Assembly (NCBI GenBank): GCA_002269645.1
Contig: NIVC01003641.1
Location: forward strand, 22,170-86,169
Source of the DNA: Macrostomum lignano
Taxonomy: Eukaryota
Reading direction: 5' to 3'
DNA: 64,000 nt
In this document: piece by piece, positions 41,938 through 55,001 of the stretch
How the letters are laid out: each line of letters opens with the position of its first letter
Numbering within the stretch: the first letter of the stretch is position 1
Notes under the pieces: generated by a model
The model's database searches: none
What the model was told of the DNA's origin: nothing
What the model saw: only the letters and a program-made list of their open reading frames with translations
Position numbers and translations under genes: made by a program

Positions 41938-43010
41938 TATACCTTTTCAACTTCGTATTCGTCAAAAGTGAGTTCAAATTCGTCAGCGTATGCAAAACTA
42001 TATGGCTAATCTATAAGAGAATTAGTGTCTATGGTAAATTTTTAGAGAAAGTGACTTCGAATTCGTCAAAGTAAGTGAAATTCGTCAGTGCAAATACAGC
42101 CTGATCAGAAAAAGTGTTTGCTTTGTCCATGGTAAGAAAAGAAGGTGTCTATGGTAAATTTAAGTAAGAAAGTGAGTGAATTTCGTCTGTGGAAAAGTAG
42201 CCCAATTTCTTGAAATCTTCATTTCATGCTTTGATTGTTGTCAGAGATGCCCTACATGAGAATTTCGTCTGTGGATCGCTCTAGACTCGTGCGATGTTTT
42301 CAACAAGGACGAGACTAGAGACAACTCGCAATTGAACTGGATATGAAGAGGACAACTGCCAGTGACATCATCAAGAGATATGTTGATGAGGGTAGGATTG
42401 ATCTTAACGCGAGTGGAGGTGCAGTGAGACTAAAGTTTTCTGAGGAGATGCTCGGGGCGTTGACCAGGTATGTGGAAGAGAAGCCGACTGTGACCCTCAA
42501 AGAAATGCAGCAAAAGCTTGTTGCAGATTTTCCTGCTGCTCCTGCTGTGACAACTCAGGCAATCAGTCGTCGGCTTGACGGGACTTTGTGCGTTACATTG
42601 ACTGTTTGTTGTCATGTAGGGCATCTCTGACAACAATCAAAGCATGAAATGAAGGTTTCAAGAAATTGGGCTACTTTCCACAGACGAAATTCACTCACTT
42701 TCTTACTTAAATTTACCATAGACACCTTCTTTTCTTACCATGGACAAAGCAAACACTTTTTCTGATTAGGCTGTATTTGCACTGACGAATTTTACTTACT
42801 TAGACGAATTGAGGAATGCCCCTTCTGCCTCTCCGGTGTTCAGAATGCGGAGCACTTTGTAAATGCTCCGCCTTTACTCAGGACAGGTCCAAACCCGGAC
42901 CGTTCCGACAGTTTCAGGCTCGAGAATTTCTGCCAGCTCGTCCGCTACCTTAGGGCAAAGGATGACGAATTTGAACTCACTTTTGAATAATCCGAAGTTT
43001 AATAGGTATA
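41938..43010. mobile_element. Foldback-like element with long inverted arms around a Tc1/IS630-type transposase fragment
   Basis: 42061-42259 is the reverse complement of 42612-42810, and 41938-41985 of 42963-43010. Internal aattcgtca subrepeats. The spacer ORF 42343-42610 (EEKPTVTLKEMQQKL..TTQAISRRLDG) resembles an IS630/Tc1 HTH. Confidence 0.7.
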
Positions 43011-43189
43011 CTTGCAGTTCTGTATCTATTCACAAATATACTCTGCGATTAATGTTTCGAATCCAGATGTCTATGGTAATATTCGATAACTGTGGAACAA
43101 TGACCTGAAGGTGTTTCCACTGTGCGGATGTAAGCATGCACAATGCTAATTCAGATTGCGTTTTGACTTTTGAGTATGCAGGCGCAGAA

Positions 43190-43535
43190 TTATACGGGAG
43201 CACGAGAATTTACCGCGAGAGTTTTCCCCGCTGAGATTTTCCACAGGGTTTTTTCAATCGAAATTTTAAGTCAAATCCAGTCTATAGACAATGCTGGACT
43301 ATATTAGAACTAGCCTAGACTACGAGAGTAGACTAGACTAGGCTAGACTAGACATAAACTAGACTAGATTAAAAACTAGACTAAGTTAGAACTAGACTAG
43401 ACTAGATTTAAAATCTGATTGGATTTTAAAATCCGATCCGATTGACTGTAGGAAAACCTGCCTGCGGGAAAAGCTCGCGCGGGCAAACCTCGGCGGGAAA
43501 ACTTCCTGCAGGAACTTCTCATAGACCCGAATTAA
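43190..43535. mobile_element. Degenerate MITE with central (actag)n
   Basis: Imperfect inverted ends (gagagttttccccgctgag vs ctcggcgggaaaacttc) around a near-palindromic agactagact core. Confidence 0.4.
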
Positions 43536-44034
43536 CAATAAAACTTAAAATAGATACAATTTTTCTTCTTCTATACCTGAAATTCAACTAAACCGTGATG
43601 TGCCACGCCTGTAAAAGTGCAAATATGTTTTAAAAGGTGTTAGCTTTTGTAAAACCAACTTTAATCCCAGACCCAAGTGTGAAAAAAAACACCGAAAGCA
43701 CAAAAATCAGCAGCAAAAGCGGCTAACTTCAAAAGAAAAATTAAAGGAAGTTTATAGGCGGGAGTCCACTTGGGAATATCATGTAAAGAGGGCGTCGCGG
43801 ACTAGGTAGGTATAGTTGAAGAAAAACTACAATATCTGAGATTTTCCTGACAAAAAATTTGCCCGAAAATTTTCCCCGAGACTCTTCTGCTGCAACTTCT
43901 GGAAAGACGATGTTTGGGTTGTACCAGGATTAGGATAGAACATAGAAGATAGGAGCGTTCGATGCTTGCTGGAAAAGATACTGGTACTGGCAAAAGTATG
44001 GAGAGTACTCATACGAAAATTATGTACTCAATGT

Positions 44035-44240
44035 CGCCAGCAACCCAAGCTTTTGCTGGGCGCCACAATCCCAAAACTTTTGCTGGGCGCCACAACCCCC
44101 AAACTTTTGCTGGGCGCCACAACCCCAAACTTTTGCTGGGCGCCACAACCCCCTAAGTTTTTGCTGAGTGCCAAAACCGTCAAGATTTTGCTGAGCGCAA
44201 ACAACCCCCAAGCTTTTGCTGGGCGCCACAACCCCAAAGC
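44035..44240. repeat. ~26-bp minisatellite (cccaaacttttgctgggcgccacaa)
   Basis: About 7 units. Confidence 0.85.
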
Positions 44241-44642
44241 TTTAGTTGGCCATTTTGTTCTTCAGTATGAGCTTCTATTCCTCTGGGCTGGTCAGTGATC
44301 TCTCAAGGAATGCCACTTTTTTTAAACGGAAAGTGAAATTATGATCATTGAGTTAAGAAGTAGTCACATTTGAATTGCACAATAATAACAATCAACTGCC
44401 AGTGCGTTGCTGATGTTAGCGTTGTTCACAGGCGCTAGCCAAAGGATAAAGGATCTAGAGTTGAAAACCTACAGCAGTTCGTACACACACTCTAGTCTCT
44501 ATATCCCTATGCATATGCATTTCATGACTGGCCATAGGATTCTATTAGGAAACTGCAGATGCGCTTAAGAAGGAAGTTTTTTAACCTGACGCTGTTACTG
44601 CTGCTGCTTCTGCATCATCGTACCGGTCAGGTGATTGACAGG

Positions 44643-44676
<34 letters not shown>

Positions 44677-47600
44677 GGGGCAACGGTCGAGCCCCTGGGA
44701 GCAGGAGAGGAAAATACCAAGACGGGGATTGGAATTGACACGAGAGCAGCAGGGGGTCAGCCTCCGCTAAGGCTGAAATGCGAAGGTAGTTGCCCATAAG
44801 AGAGAGAGGGAGATACTGTTATATTGAGGTGGCGGGCAGCCTTACTTTGCGTTAAATTCATTGTTCCGTTCGTGACTGCGTACAGGTAAAACAGATGATT
44901 ACTTGCCGAAATCCAAGCTCCAATACAAAGCCAGCAAATGGATATCTTGCATGCAACTGCAACCTGGATCTGATTGTTTTCCATCAAAGTTTTTATCTAA
45001 CAAACAAATATGCTCCACTAAAACTCATGACAATTGTTATGAAAGGATAATAAAGTATTGTATGCAACGTTAAAACATGAATAGCAACAATAGGTGAAGG
45101 TATTAATGTAGCAAGCAATGAGGAAACGAGCACGCACGTAAATATTGTAAAGCAGAAGACGGGGCGGGGCAGCCAGTCCACATGGACTATATGTTGTTGC
45201 ACAATCGACGCCAGGGAAAGCTAGTGAGTTGTCCAGCTGCTACGCCATAGATGTAATTCTCAGTTGAACAACACACTACCTCACCACTAGCCAATGATCG
45301 ATTCAATAATATAACTTAGCGTTGGCGTACAGGGAATTTCAAGGGAAAGTAGGGCTGAGTAAATCAAAATTAGGCCTACGAGAGGCTGGGCAGCATGTGA
45401 GCTTAAGAATAATAACCTAACTAAAATTATCGCGCTTTAAAACGCAACCTTTTTCTTTAATGAGCGAGACCTGTTCAGCCAGTAAAAAAGGCAAAGGCAA
45501 TCAAATTTGAAGAGAGGAACCGGCACCGGGGTCGGCGCGGGAGGAATCAGGCAAAATCAGAGAGGAGGACTCGCAGGTCCGGAGTTTGTTTAGCTTAAAA
45601 CTAGCTCGCAGTGAATGACGGGCCTCCTGCCACCGCTTTTCCGCTCTCTCGCTCTCCACTAGCAAATCCTTAATTCCAACAGCGCTGACGGCCCCAAAGT
45701 TAGGGGCTTTATAAAGTCCCCTAGCGGCCTGCTCGGGGCTGAAGGGACTTGCCATTGGGCTGGGAAAGGAAAAGGGGAAATGTGGCAGACAGGGACAGGA
45801 AGAGTTAGAGGGGAGGAAAGAGATCTGGGGGGAAGGAGAGGAGGTTGAATGGACGCCGCGAAGCAAATGGCTGCTTGGAGGCTAAAGCAGTACATTTATA
45901 GATAGAACCACAGAGCAGCTACCCCAAGCCTAATAGGCATGGCATTGGCTAAGAGCGGATCAAAATTCATTTCAACCCTCAACCCTTTCAGTGCTTCCCA
46001 TTGCCAGCAATTTATGCACGGCAGCGCGACTTGCCGGTTCTCTAGTCTTAATATATTCTAGGGAATCTAGCAGTGGCTGCATTGTGTGTGTGGAGTGAGG
46101 TTTACTGGCGGCGACTGTCAGCGCGAATAACACGGGGACAGAAAGACAGAACATTGGGATTGGGAAGAGAGTTCAAGAAACGACGAAGTGGCAAGGGAAA
46201 TTTCGGAAAACGGGACAAGGGGACAGATTTTGAAGGGAGGGTTTACCCCCGCCCCCGCTACACTGACGTCAGATTCTATTAATAAACCTAGAAGATGAAA
46301 CACGGAAAATATCAACCGTAATAAGCCGAAACGAGCTGGCAAAAAACTCACTTGAAAAAATACCTTGCGAATTCACTTCACCTGTCGGGGCTGTTCTTTG
46401 AAAAAATGTTGCCGCGCATTTACAATCAGGACCTAATAAAATGTCTGAAGGCTGAGGGAATCTGAAGGCTGAGGGAAAGGACACGTTGGATTTATTTGAG
46501 CGTCCTCCTGTTTCTCTTTCTATCTCTCGTCTGTGTGTTGTCCCCAATTGGTAAAAAAGCAGCCGCGTCCGGGGCACTCGTTTTATATTCTCAGACAAGC
46601 GCGGAGGGTGGGGCTACACCCCCACCCAGAGCTGACGCATACGGTACGGCCTTAACGGGGACCCAGACAGACAGACAGCCCTCACCACTCCAGCACCCTT
46701 TCTTCGCTTGCCTTCACAGCTTAGCGAAAAGCCGGGCCAGAGGGGTGAGGACTGAGGAGGGCGGCTGGGGGGCCCAGAACCCTAGGCGTATGCAAAAGAA
46801 GCGACGCCAGCCGGCAGGTAGAAAGCAAGAAGCCGAGAACGCCGGGGCCCTCGGGGCAGACTGAACCAGTGCGAAACGTCCAATTTTTCTTATAAACCGT
46901 CCAGGCCAGCGCCAATAACAAATACAATGCACAAGCTATATCTGTCACAGTCCACAGACAAGACCCCCGGTTAAACATTTTAAGCAGACTAAATTAACAA
47001 ACCGACAGACAGACAGAGGGACCCTACAGAGGGCCGAGACTAGTCCACAAAACAAAGTCCGTACGAGAGGGCCCACAAATCCAATCCAGACCCACGGCCC
47101 CTGGATCGTATTGCACATACTTTAGTATTATAGCATATACAACTTAGTCTAGTCGTGTCTTCTGCTTCTCCAAGGCCAAGACTATAAGGTATTATTAGCA
47201 GTGATTAACTACTTCTAGCTTTCCTCCAACAGCAGCGGGCTGTGTTGTGGTAGATGGCAAGTGCTAAAATTAGACAGTACTGGATGACGCAGGCTTTTTT
47301 ACTTTGAGAAAACACAAAAATGAAACTGAGGGTACATAAGTATCGGCATCAGGAAAAAATGACAATGGTTTAGGGACCTTTATCTGATTAATAGTCTATA
47401 TTATTATATACTACCCCCAGCCTCGACAGGGTACAGGACGTTCTACTGCTGCTCAGTGCTCACTAACCTAGGGTCCATATAGTTTAGCCTGCTAAGCGAC
47501 GCCGTTGGCTAGAAGGCTTGCTTGCGCTGCGGTGCGCCATCTGACGCACCCTGACCTCATGGCGTGGCTTTACTTATCTGGGTTGCTTATTTTGTTGCTG

Positions 47601-50373
47601 TTATATTATAGTCTAGACTAGACTGCTATAACAACTTTTTCGATAAAAGAACACTCATTGCTGCTGTGACTCACCCAGACGGACAAAGGGAGGGGCCAAG
47701 AGGCTTGCATTGCATTTGCTAATGTGCAGTGCAGACCAAGCTAGACAGTCTGCCTGTGCCCTTAGCGGTCGTTTGACGACCCAAACAGTGCAGGGGCAGC
47801 ACCCATGCACACGTTAGAATAGGAATGTCTAGGCCAGGTACGTAAAAAGGACAGTTTGCAAACACTTACTCATTTTAGACGACTTAGATTTTGTACATTA
47901 AAATACAAGGCGTCGAACCAGGAAAGTTTTTAGAGCAAACAGTTTATCAATTTTATCACGTTCTTATCTTGTGCTAAGAAGTTTATACAAAAAATTGACA
48001 TTCAAAGTCTAAATATCTATCCATATACTAAAAAGTCTAAAAATGACAAGGGTCTGCAATGCCAAAATTGCTGACAAAAAAGTGACTGCCAGCCAATTAA
48101 TCAGCAGTACAGGTACAGTTATGTACACAATGTATATACCGGTACTTATGACAGAACAGTAAACGATTTTCTGCCACTGCAAAAAACAACACAGAAGTCT
48201 AAGTCAACTGGTTGGATATGACCTAGTTCACAGGATACAAAGACTATAAAAGACCAAAACAAAAGAATTGCTTTGTCAAAATTTAGGTTCGAAAGTTCAA
48301 TTCATATGCTAATAAGTAGTATGGTTTGATGGCTCAGTTCATGAATATATAGAATCTAGATGAAATATTTTCCATTTGGTTTACAATAATGTTTACTGCC
48401 AGCAATCAACTGGTCTCTTTATAGAATCCTAGAGCCATGAATCTAGAAACTATACACTGACTTGTTTAATTGTAAACTAGGATAGCTTTATTAAATCCAT
48501 TTGAATTTTTATAATTGTTTCAACAATGTAATATATACTGATACCTATAGTAATATTTTCAAATTCCTACCAAATTTAACTAATTGCAAAGAAGCCTAGT
48601 TGACTGCAAGCCTTTAACCACTTCTGTACCTCAAGCCTCTGCACTCATTCTAAGAAAACCCATTGACTGCAGTAGCCAGACATCTGCGTCTGCCCACAAG
48701 CAGTCACAGCACTCACTCTTAGAAAACCCTAATAGCTGCAAAGTATTATCCATAGATTCAACCTAATGAGCTTGTGTATAAAAAAGTGTTGTTTATTTGA
48801 TGGCTGCTCTGTAGCCACAGTGGGTTTTCTCAGAGTAAGTGGCAAGGTGCCACTTGTGCTGGCCACAGACAGCTATTGTGGGCATTCAGCAGATGGCAGT
48901 TGGCTGCAGAGTAGCCAGCAGGTTTGAAGGTGTTAATAAGTGTATATTAGTAGAAAGTTAGCACAGAAATGCTCAGCAAGCTTGATTACAAGAAATTGTT
49001 CATCTGATATAGCAACCTATTTATTTTTGTCACTTGTTACTTATCTGTTACCCTGGTACCTGCTATTTCACTTTTAAAGGTTTTAAAGACTCGTTGATTA
49101 AAGAAGCTTTGTCACTAAGATAAGATATATTGATATCTAAGACCTAGAATTACTACAAAAGTGAATCCAAAATAGTTACTAAGTTATGACCTTTATTACT
49201 ATGCTTTGCAGATTGGTTAATAGAATTTCAAATATTAGATTTATCAGATTTTTATAATCTTGACTATTGCCAATTTTCCCTTTGAGATGCAAAATCTCTC
49301 TTGAGGTTAGTATTCTGCTATTTTAGTTCTTAGTAATGATGACTTTTTGGATGCTGTCTTTTTAGAAACCTTAGCCTTTAGGGTATTTTATTTCCAAGCT
49401 TTTTTATACTAATTCTAGGGTGAAAGGCAATTCTTGGAATTTTAGTTGGCTATATATTTCTATTAAGGTGCTTTTTAGGGTCTAAGAGTCTATCTAGCAA
49501 TGAAAGTCAAATATGATCATTTTTGGATTTTGGGAAAAAGATTAAGATGATTAATATATATTATACAAGCATATATACCTTTTAATTATAGATGTTATTT
49601 TTGTGTATAGATATATGCATGCAACATGATCTATGGCACCCTTGAACTGGCATATTGGCATATAAAAAACATATTTGTATATATGCCATGATTAATTTTT
49701 TTTGTATGTAAACCCTTGGCTTTTAGTTTATTAAGCCATTAGGCATTCTTTATCCCTTGGTCTCTTAGCCATATATGCCAGGATAGCCATATATGGCATA
49801 TATGGCATATATAGCCATATAGCCATATATATATCTATATACTAAAAATGGTCTGTCGGTATATGTGTGTGTGTGTGATCGATTTTAGCAAAAACGGCTT
49901 AACCGATTTTCTTCGAACTTGCACTGTTCAATCAGAAATTTTTCCGTGACGGTACATGCATCTTGGCTAAGAAATTGCTCAATATTAAAGGGATTAAATA
50001 TTCGAAAAACATGCTTTTTTGCAAAGGTCAAGCAGCTCTTTCGACTTGAAATGCATTGTAAGAATGCTAGCAGAAAAACTGACTGGTTGAATTCTGATTC
50101 TGAAATAGATTGCATCACAATACACTTTATTTATCGTCTGTGTACTGGCTGAATTTGACACACAATTGAATTGCGTCACAGCTTTGAGTGTGAAAGCATA
50201 GCGCAGTACTGAATTTATATTACGTAACCATATTGTTAACTTTCATAGACACTGGTACTGACTTGCCTAAGAAATTGATTATGTCATAACTGCTTCGTGT
50301 GACTTTTTACTCTACCTGACTTGGTGTGAGTGTTGAATTATATAAGTGGTACAAATTCACTGATAACTTCGAT

Positions 50374-50435
50374 GAGAGCTAGCCTAGAGCTGAACAGACC
50401 AGACTGCTAATGCAGCGACCTGGGTTCAAATCTAA
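50374..50435 (+). pseudogene. tRNA-like remnant inside the Helitron
   Basis: A-box-like tagcctagag, loop gactgctaat (as in tRNA-Ser GCU), B-box ggttcaaatc. The acceptor stem is not intact. Confidence 0.45.
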
Positions 50436-50524
50436 GTAGTTTAAAAGTAGTAGTGTAAATTTTTTTATTAAAAGGTTTTATTAATTAAAGGTTATTAATT
50501 AATTAATTAATTAAAATTAAACAC

Positions 50525-51635
50525 TTAGATTACTGCACTCGATAAGCCAAGGATTATTGCTATTAATAAACCAAAGACTACTGCACTCGATAAACCAAGG
50601 ACTATTGCTCTTGGCAAACCAAGGATTACTGCACTCAAGAAGCCAAGGATTATTGCTATTAATAAACCAAGGATTACTGCACTCGATAAACCAAGGACTA
50701 TTGCTCTTGGCAAACCAAGGATTACTGCACTCAAGAAGCCAAGGATTATTGCACTTGGAAAACCAAGGATTACTGCACTCGATAAACCAAGTACTATTGC
50801 ACTTGATAAACCAAGGATTATTGCACTTGATAGGCCAAGGATTACTGCACTTGATAAACCAAGGATTATTGCACTTGATAGGCCAAAGATTACTGCGCTT
50901 GATAAACCAAGGATTATTGGGCTTGATAAACCAAGGATTATTGCACTTGATAAGCCAAGGATTACTGCGCTTGATAAACCAAGGATTATTGCACTTGATA
51001 AACCAAGGATTATTGCTCTTGATAAACCAAGGATTATAGCACTTGATAAACCAAGGATTATTGCACTTGATAAGCCAAGGATTATTGCACTTGATAAACC
51101 AAGGACTATTTCACTTGATAAACCAAGGATTATTGCACTTGATAAACCAAGGATTATTTCACTTGATAAACCAAGGATTATTGCACTTGATAAGCCAAGG
51201 ATTATTGCACTCGATAAGCCAAGGATTATTGCTCTTAATAAACCAAGGATTACTGCACTTGGAAAACTAAGGATTACTGCACTCGATAAACCAAGGACTA
51301 TTGCACTTGATAAACCAAGGATTATTGCACTTGATAGGCCAAGGATTACTGCACTTGATAAACCAAGGATTATTGCACTTGATAGGCCAAGGATTATTGC
51401 ACTTGATAAGCCAAGGATTATTGCAGTTGATAAGCCAAGGATTATTGCACTTGATAAACCAAGGATTATTGCACTTGATAAACCAAGGATTATTGCACTT
51501 GATAAACCAAGGATTATTGCACTTGATAAACAAATATTGCACTTGATAAGCCAAGGATTACTGCGCTAGATAAACCAAGGATTATTGCACTTGATAAACC
51601 AAGGATTATTGCACTTGATAAACCAAGGATTATTG
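50525..51635. repeat. 24-bp minisatellite (gataaaccaaggattattgcactt)
   Basis: About 46 units inside the Helitron. Confidence 0.96.
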
Positions 51636-51769
51636 CATTAGCTGAGAAGCTGATTACTGCGCTGTCTAAAAAAGAGATTATTGCGCTCGCTGAGACGTGG
51701 ATTGTTGCACAACCTGAGAAAGCGATTATTGCATTAGCGGAAGTAACATTTGCACTAGCTACTTGCTGT

Positions 51770-52090
51770 CTCGTGGATGCTTGCTCTCGAGGGGGGATAC
51801 TTGCTATTTGGGAGAGGGGGTACTGGCTACATACATGGGATTCTTTCTATCCAGGGATGCTTGCTATCTGGGTGGATGCTTCTATAATATCTGGGGGGTG
51901 CTTGCTATCTGCAGGATGCTTCTATAATATCTGGGGGGTGCTTGCTATCTGCAGAATGCTTGCTATCTGGGTGGATGCTTGCTATCTGGGTGGATGCTTC
52001 TATAATATCTGGGGGGTGCTTGCTAATCTGCAGATGCTTGCTATCTGTGGTGATTCTTACTATGAGCATTAGAGGATGCTTGCTATCTGC
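51770..52090. repeat. ~19-bp degenerate repeat (tgcttgctatctgggtgga)
   Basis: Second array inside the same Helitron. Confidence 0.8.
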
Positions 52091-52559
52091 GATTGTTCAC
52101 TTTTGGAGGGGGTTGCTTGCTGTCTTGGGTATATTTTCTATTTAGGGAAACGATATTTTGTTGACTGTTTGTTAATTTTAGAGAAAAAGTGATTTTTTAA
52201 TTTTGCAAACATCTTAGTCCGTGACAATTTTACACGAATAAGGTGATTTTTAAAATGTGAAGAAGGAATTAGTGTTTAAGAAAATGTGTTTTTTTATTGT
52301 TTTCCATGAACTATTTTTGCTCCTTTCTTATTGGGCGCCCCGAAGGGGGGCCGCACTAGATTGCTAGTTATTATACTGTTATTATACTATTACTATTTAC
52401 ACTATTATATCATTATGCAAATGCTTTATAAAACTCATAACTTGAAGACTAGGGATTAAATTTCCAATCCTATTGGAACAATGTCTTTAAACAAGACATT
52501 TGACTGTATATTGTTTTAGTTTACTTAGCTATAATTTATTTAGACATCTATAAGAGATG

Positions 52560-53350
52560 CCTTCTTTGCCTATAAAGATGTCTATAAAAAAAGAGGCCTG
52601 CACATCTGCCAACAAAGCCTCTTTATAGAGCAACTCTAGAAGCATATATAGCTATAGCTGGCCTCTGTACATGTGTCTTCAAATAACAGCACTAGCCTTT
52701 GACCTTGTTGTTTGTCCATATGCTCTGCTTATTATGGATGCTAACATCTTTAATATTCCAAATCAGGGGGTCCAACCAAGTGGCTTTGATATATTTATAT
52801 ATGTGGTCCACCCATTGGTCCTACATTTGCTGCACCAAGTAGCCAAATGCTGTGTGAATGACTAGGCAAAAAAGGCAGCAAATTAACATTAGCTGCTTTA
52901 GAAAGTCTTTCACTGCCTAGTTGGTTGCAAACTATTAAACTATTTTAATCACTGTGTATTTGTATATGTATTGTCATATGAAAAATATAGCATTTATATA
53001 CCCTATTGCAGTCAATGACTATTATCTTGGATAATATTTAGAATAGATTGGCCTTCAGTAATATAGGTGTAGTTTGGTATGCTAGTGCAGTTTGGCATAG
53101 GAAAGAGGGTGTTTAATAAAATTTAGACCTTGGCTGCAATATGGTCTATATGTATACTTGCTTTTATATAGAATACATTGGGCTTTTTATATGTAGTATG
53201 CATATGCACCTTAAATTTACAGCCAGTTATAGTGACCAATGGCTAGATCTTGCAAACCATCTGTTATACAGCTGCTTCAAAGTCTAAGACAAGACTCCTA
53301 TAGCAACTAAGGTCTAAACCATGCCAGACACCTCTTTTGCCTTTTTTCTA
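52560..53350 (-). pseudogene. Hypermutated MULE (Mutator-like) transposase relic
   Basis: Minus-strand translation gives VLDFEAAV*QMVCKI*PLVTITGCKF (~53290-53215), LLPFLP (~52882-52864), and YIKATWLDPLIW...WTNNKVKG* (~52795-52692). These match the MULE motifs DFE.A..W..V...FP...I.GC.FH, ALPFLP, Y...TW and RTNN.VEGWH. Confidence 0.6.
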
Positions 53351-55001
53351 TACTAAATAACACTAGACTATGCCTATAGCTATACTACCAAGAGAATTTG
53401 CACTAAACACTGTCTACAATAATAGCAATGGCCATTGGCTGCAATAGGGTAGACTCTATGGTCCTAGCTATATTGCAAAGATATGCATATTACTTGTGTA
53501 TAAATGTACTACCTGAAGATATGTAACACTTTTGGCATGTTTTTACACAAATATAGGTATGGGAAGAGAATGATTATTCAATAGCCAAGATAATAGCGGC
53601 AATGATTTCTTTAGCCAAGAGTTTTAAAAAACAACAGTAGTCATAGATAAAGCAATTGAAACTGCAAAAAATGGAGTAAATTAGCATTCATATCTGTACT
53701 CCTACTTTCAAAATTCAGAAGTATTCAGAAAGTTGTAGCCATACTATTTATAAGTATACATACACACATACATACATGATATTACAAATGCAACTTTAAT
53801 AAACAATAAGACTGAAAACTATATAATCTTAATTAGTAGCAATAGCGAAGTTAGAATATAACTCTAAGATAAGTAAAAGATAAGAAGATAAGTAAAGATA
53901 AGTCTACATAAATATTAGCATAAGGAAAAATTAATTTGATTCAAGTTCTGAGCTACAATCTACTAGATTGGGCAATGACATATAAGACTATGCCCAAGTA
54001 TTTTTTGCCTAAAGTTCTAGAATTTCTAAGAAATACACTATCTAATCATAACAAATATTTTCTGTTTCTAGCCTAAAAGTGAACTATATATACTTTTTTG
54101 AGTTTTTTGTATTTTACAAGTTTTTATTATATATCCACATCCATACTATGCTGGACAAATAACTTCACTTTTATTTATCCAGTACCAGACAAATAATAAT
54201 TATGTTATTCATCCAATAACGAATAAATAGTCATTGCCTTTTATAAATGAAATTGCCTTAGACCTAATGTCTATTAAATTCAGATAAAAAATAATTACCA
54301 AGATTATTACCTAATATTGCCAAGAATGCTAGGCATATTATATGCCATATATACTATATATAGGCCCTATAAGGAAAATTCTTGCATCTTTTGACTATTA
54401 TTTATTATAAATGGCTCTTGTTTTGGCTATTATTTAAAAAAATAAATTATTATTTGAAAATATAAAACTTTTTGTACTGAGTCTAAGAATTGACAAAGGT
54501 TTCAATTTTAATTCTAAACTTTATTCATTATGTGAAGTGTAGAGTTCAATGCAAATATTGAAGGGCCTAGTCATTAGATAATTAATACTCAATGATATAA
54601 ACTGTATCTAGATACTCAACTTTATACATCTATATAGTACTAGTAGAAAGTACATAATATATTTTGATGCTAGATTTTGATAGCATTTAGGCTCACGAGA
54701 AATAAAAAAATAAAACTTTGTGAAAATTAGATATAACAATCACTTCTGGGATGTATGTACTCTGCTTGTTATGCAATCTTAGCTATAGTCTACTGTCTAT
54801 AGTATATATATTTAGTATATTTAAATTATCAGAAAAAGTAGACCATGTTTAAAAATGTTTTATGCACTTATATTGCTAAAATCTGCTCACAATCTAAACC
54901 TCTACCTCCATTGACATCCTTAATGTAGGCACATAGGAAATATGAATATAGCTTTACAGACAGACGGAGGGAGGCAGCTTGCACAGGCCTGGAGGATATT
55001 A

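Larger units (their letters stand above)
49834..52367 (+). mobile_element. Non-autonomous Helitron carrying minisatellites
   Basis: 5' end A|TCTATATACTAAAAATGG. 3' end hairpin gccccgaagggggg-cc, then gattgCTAG|T. Inserted between A and T. Confidence 0.75.
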
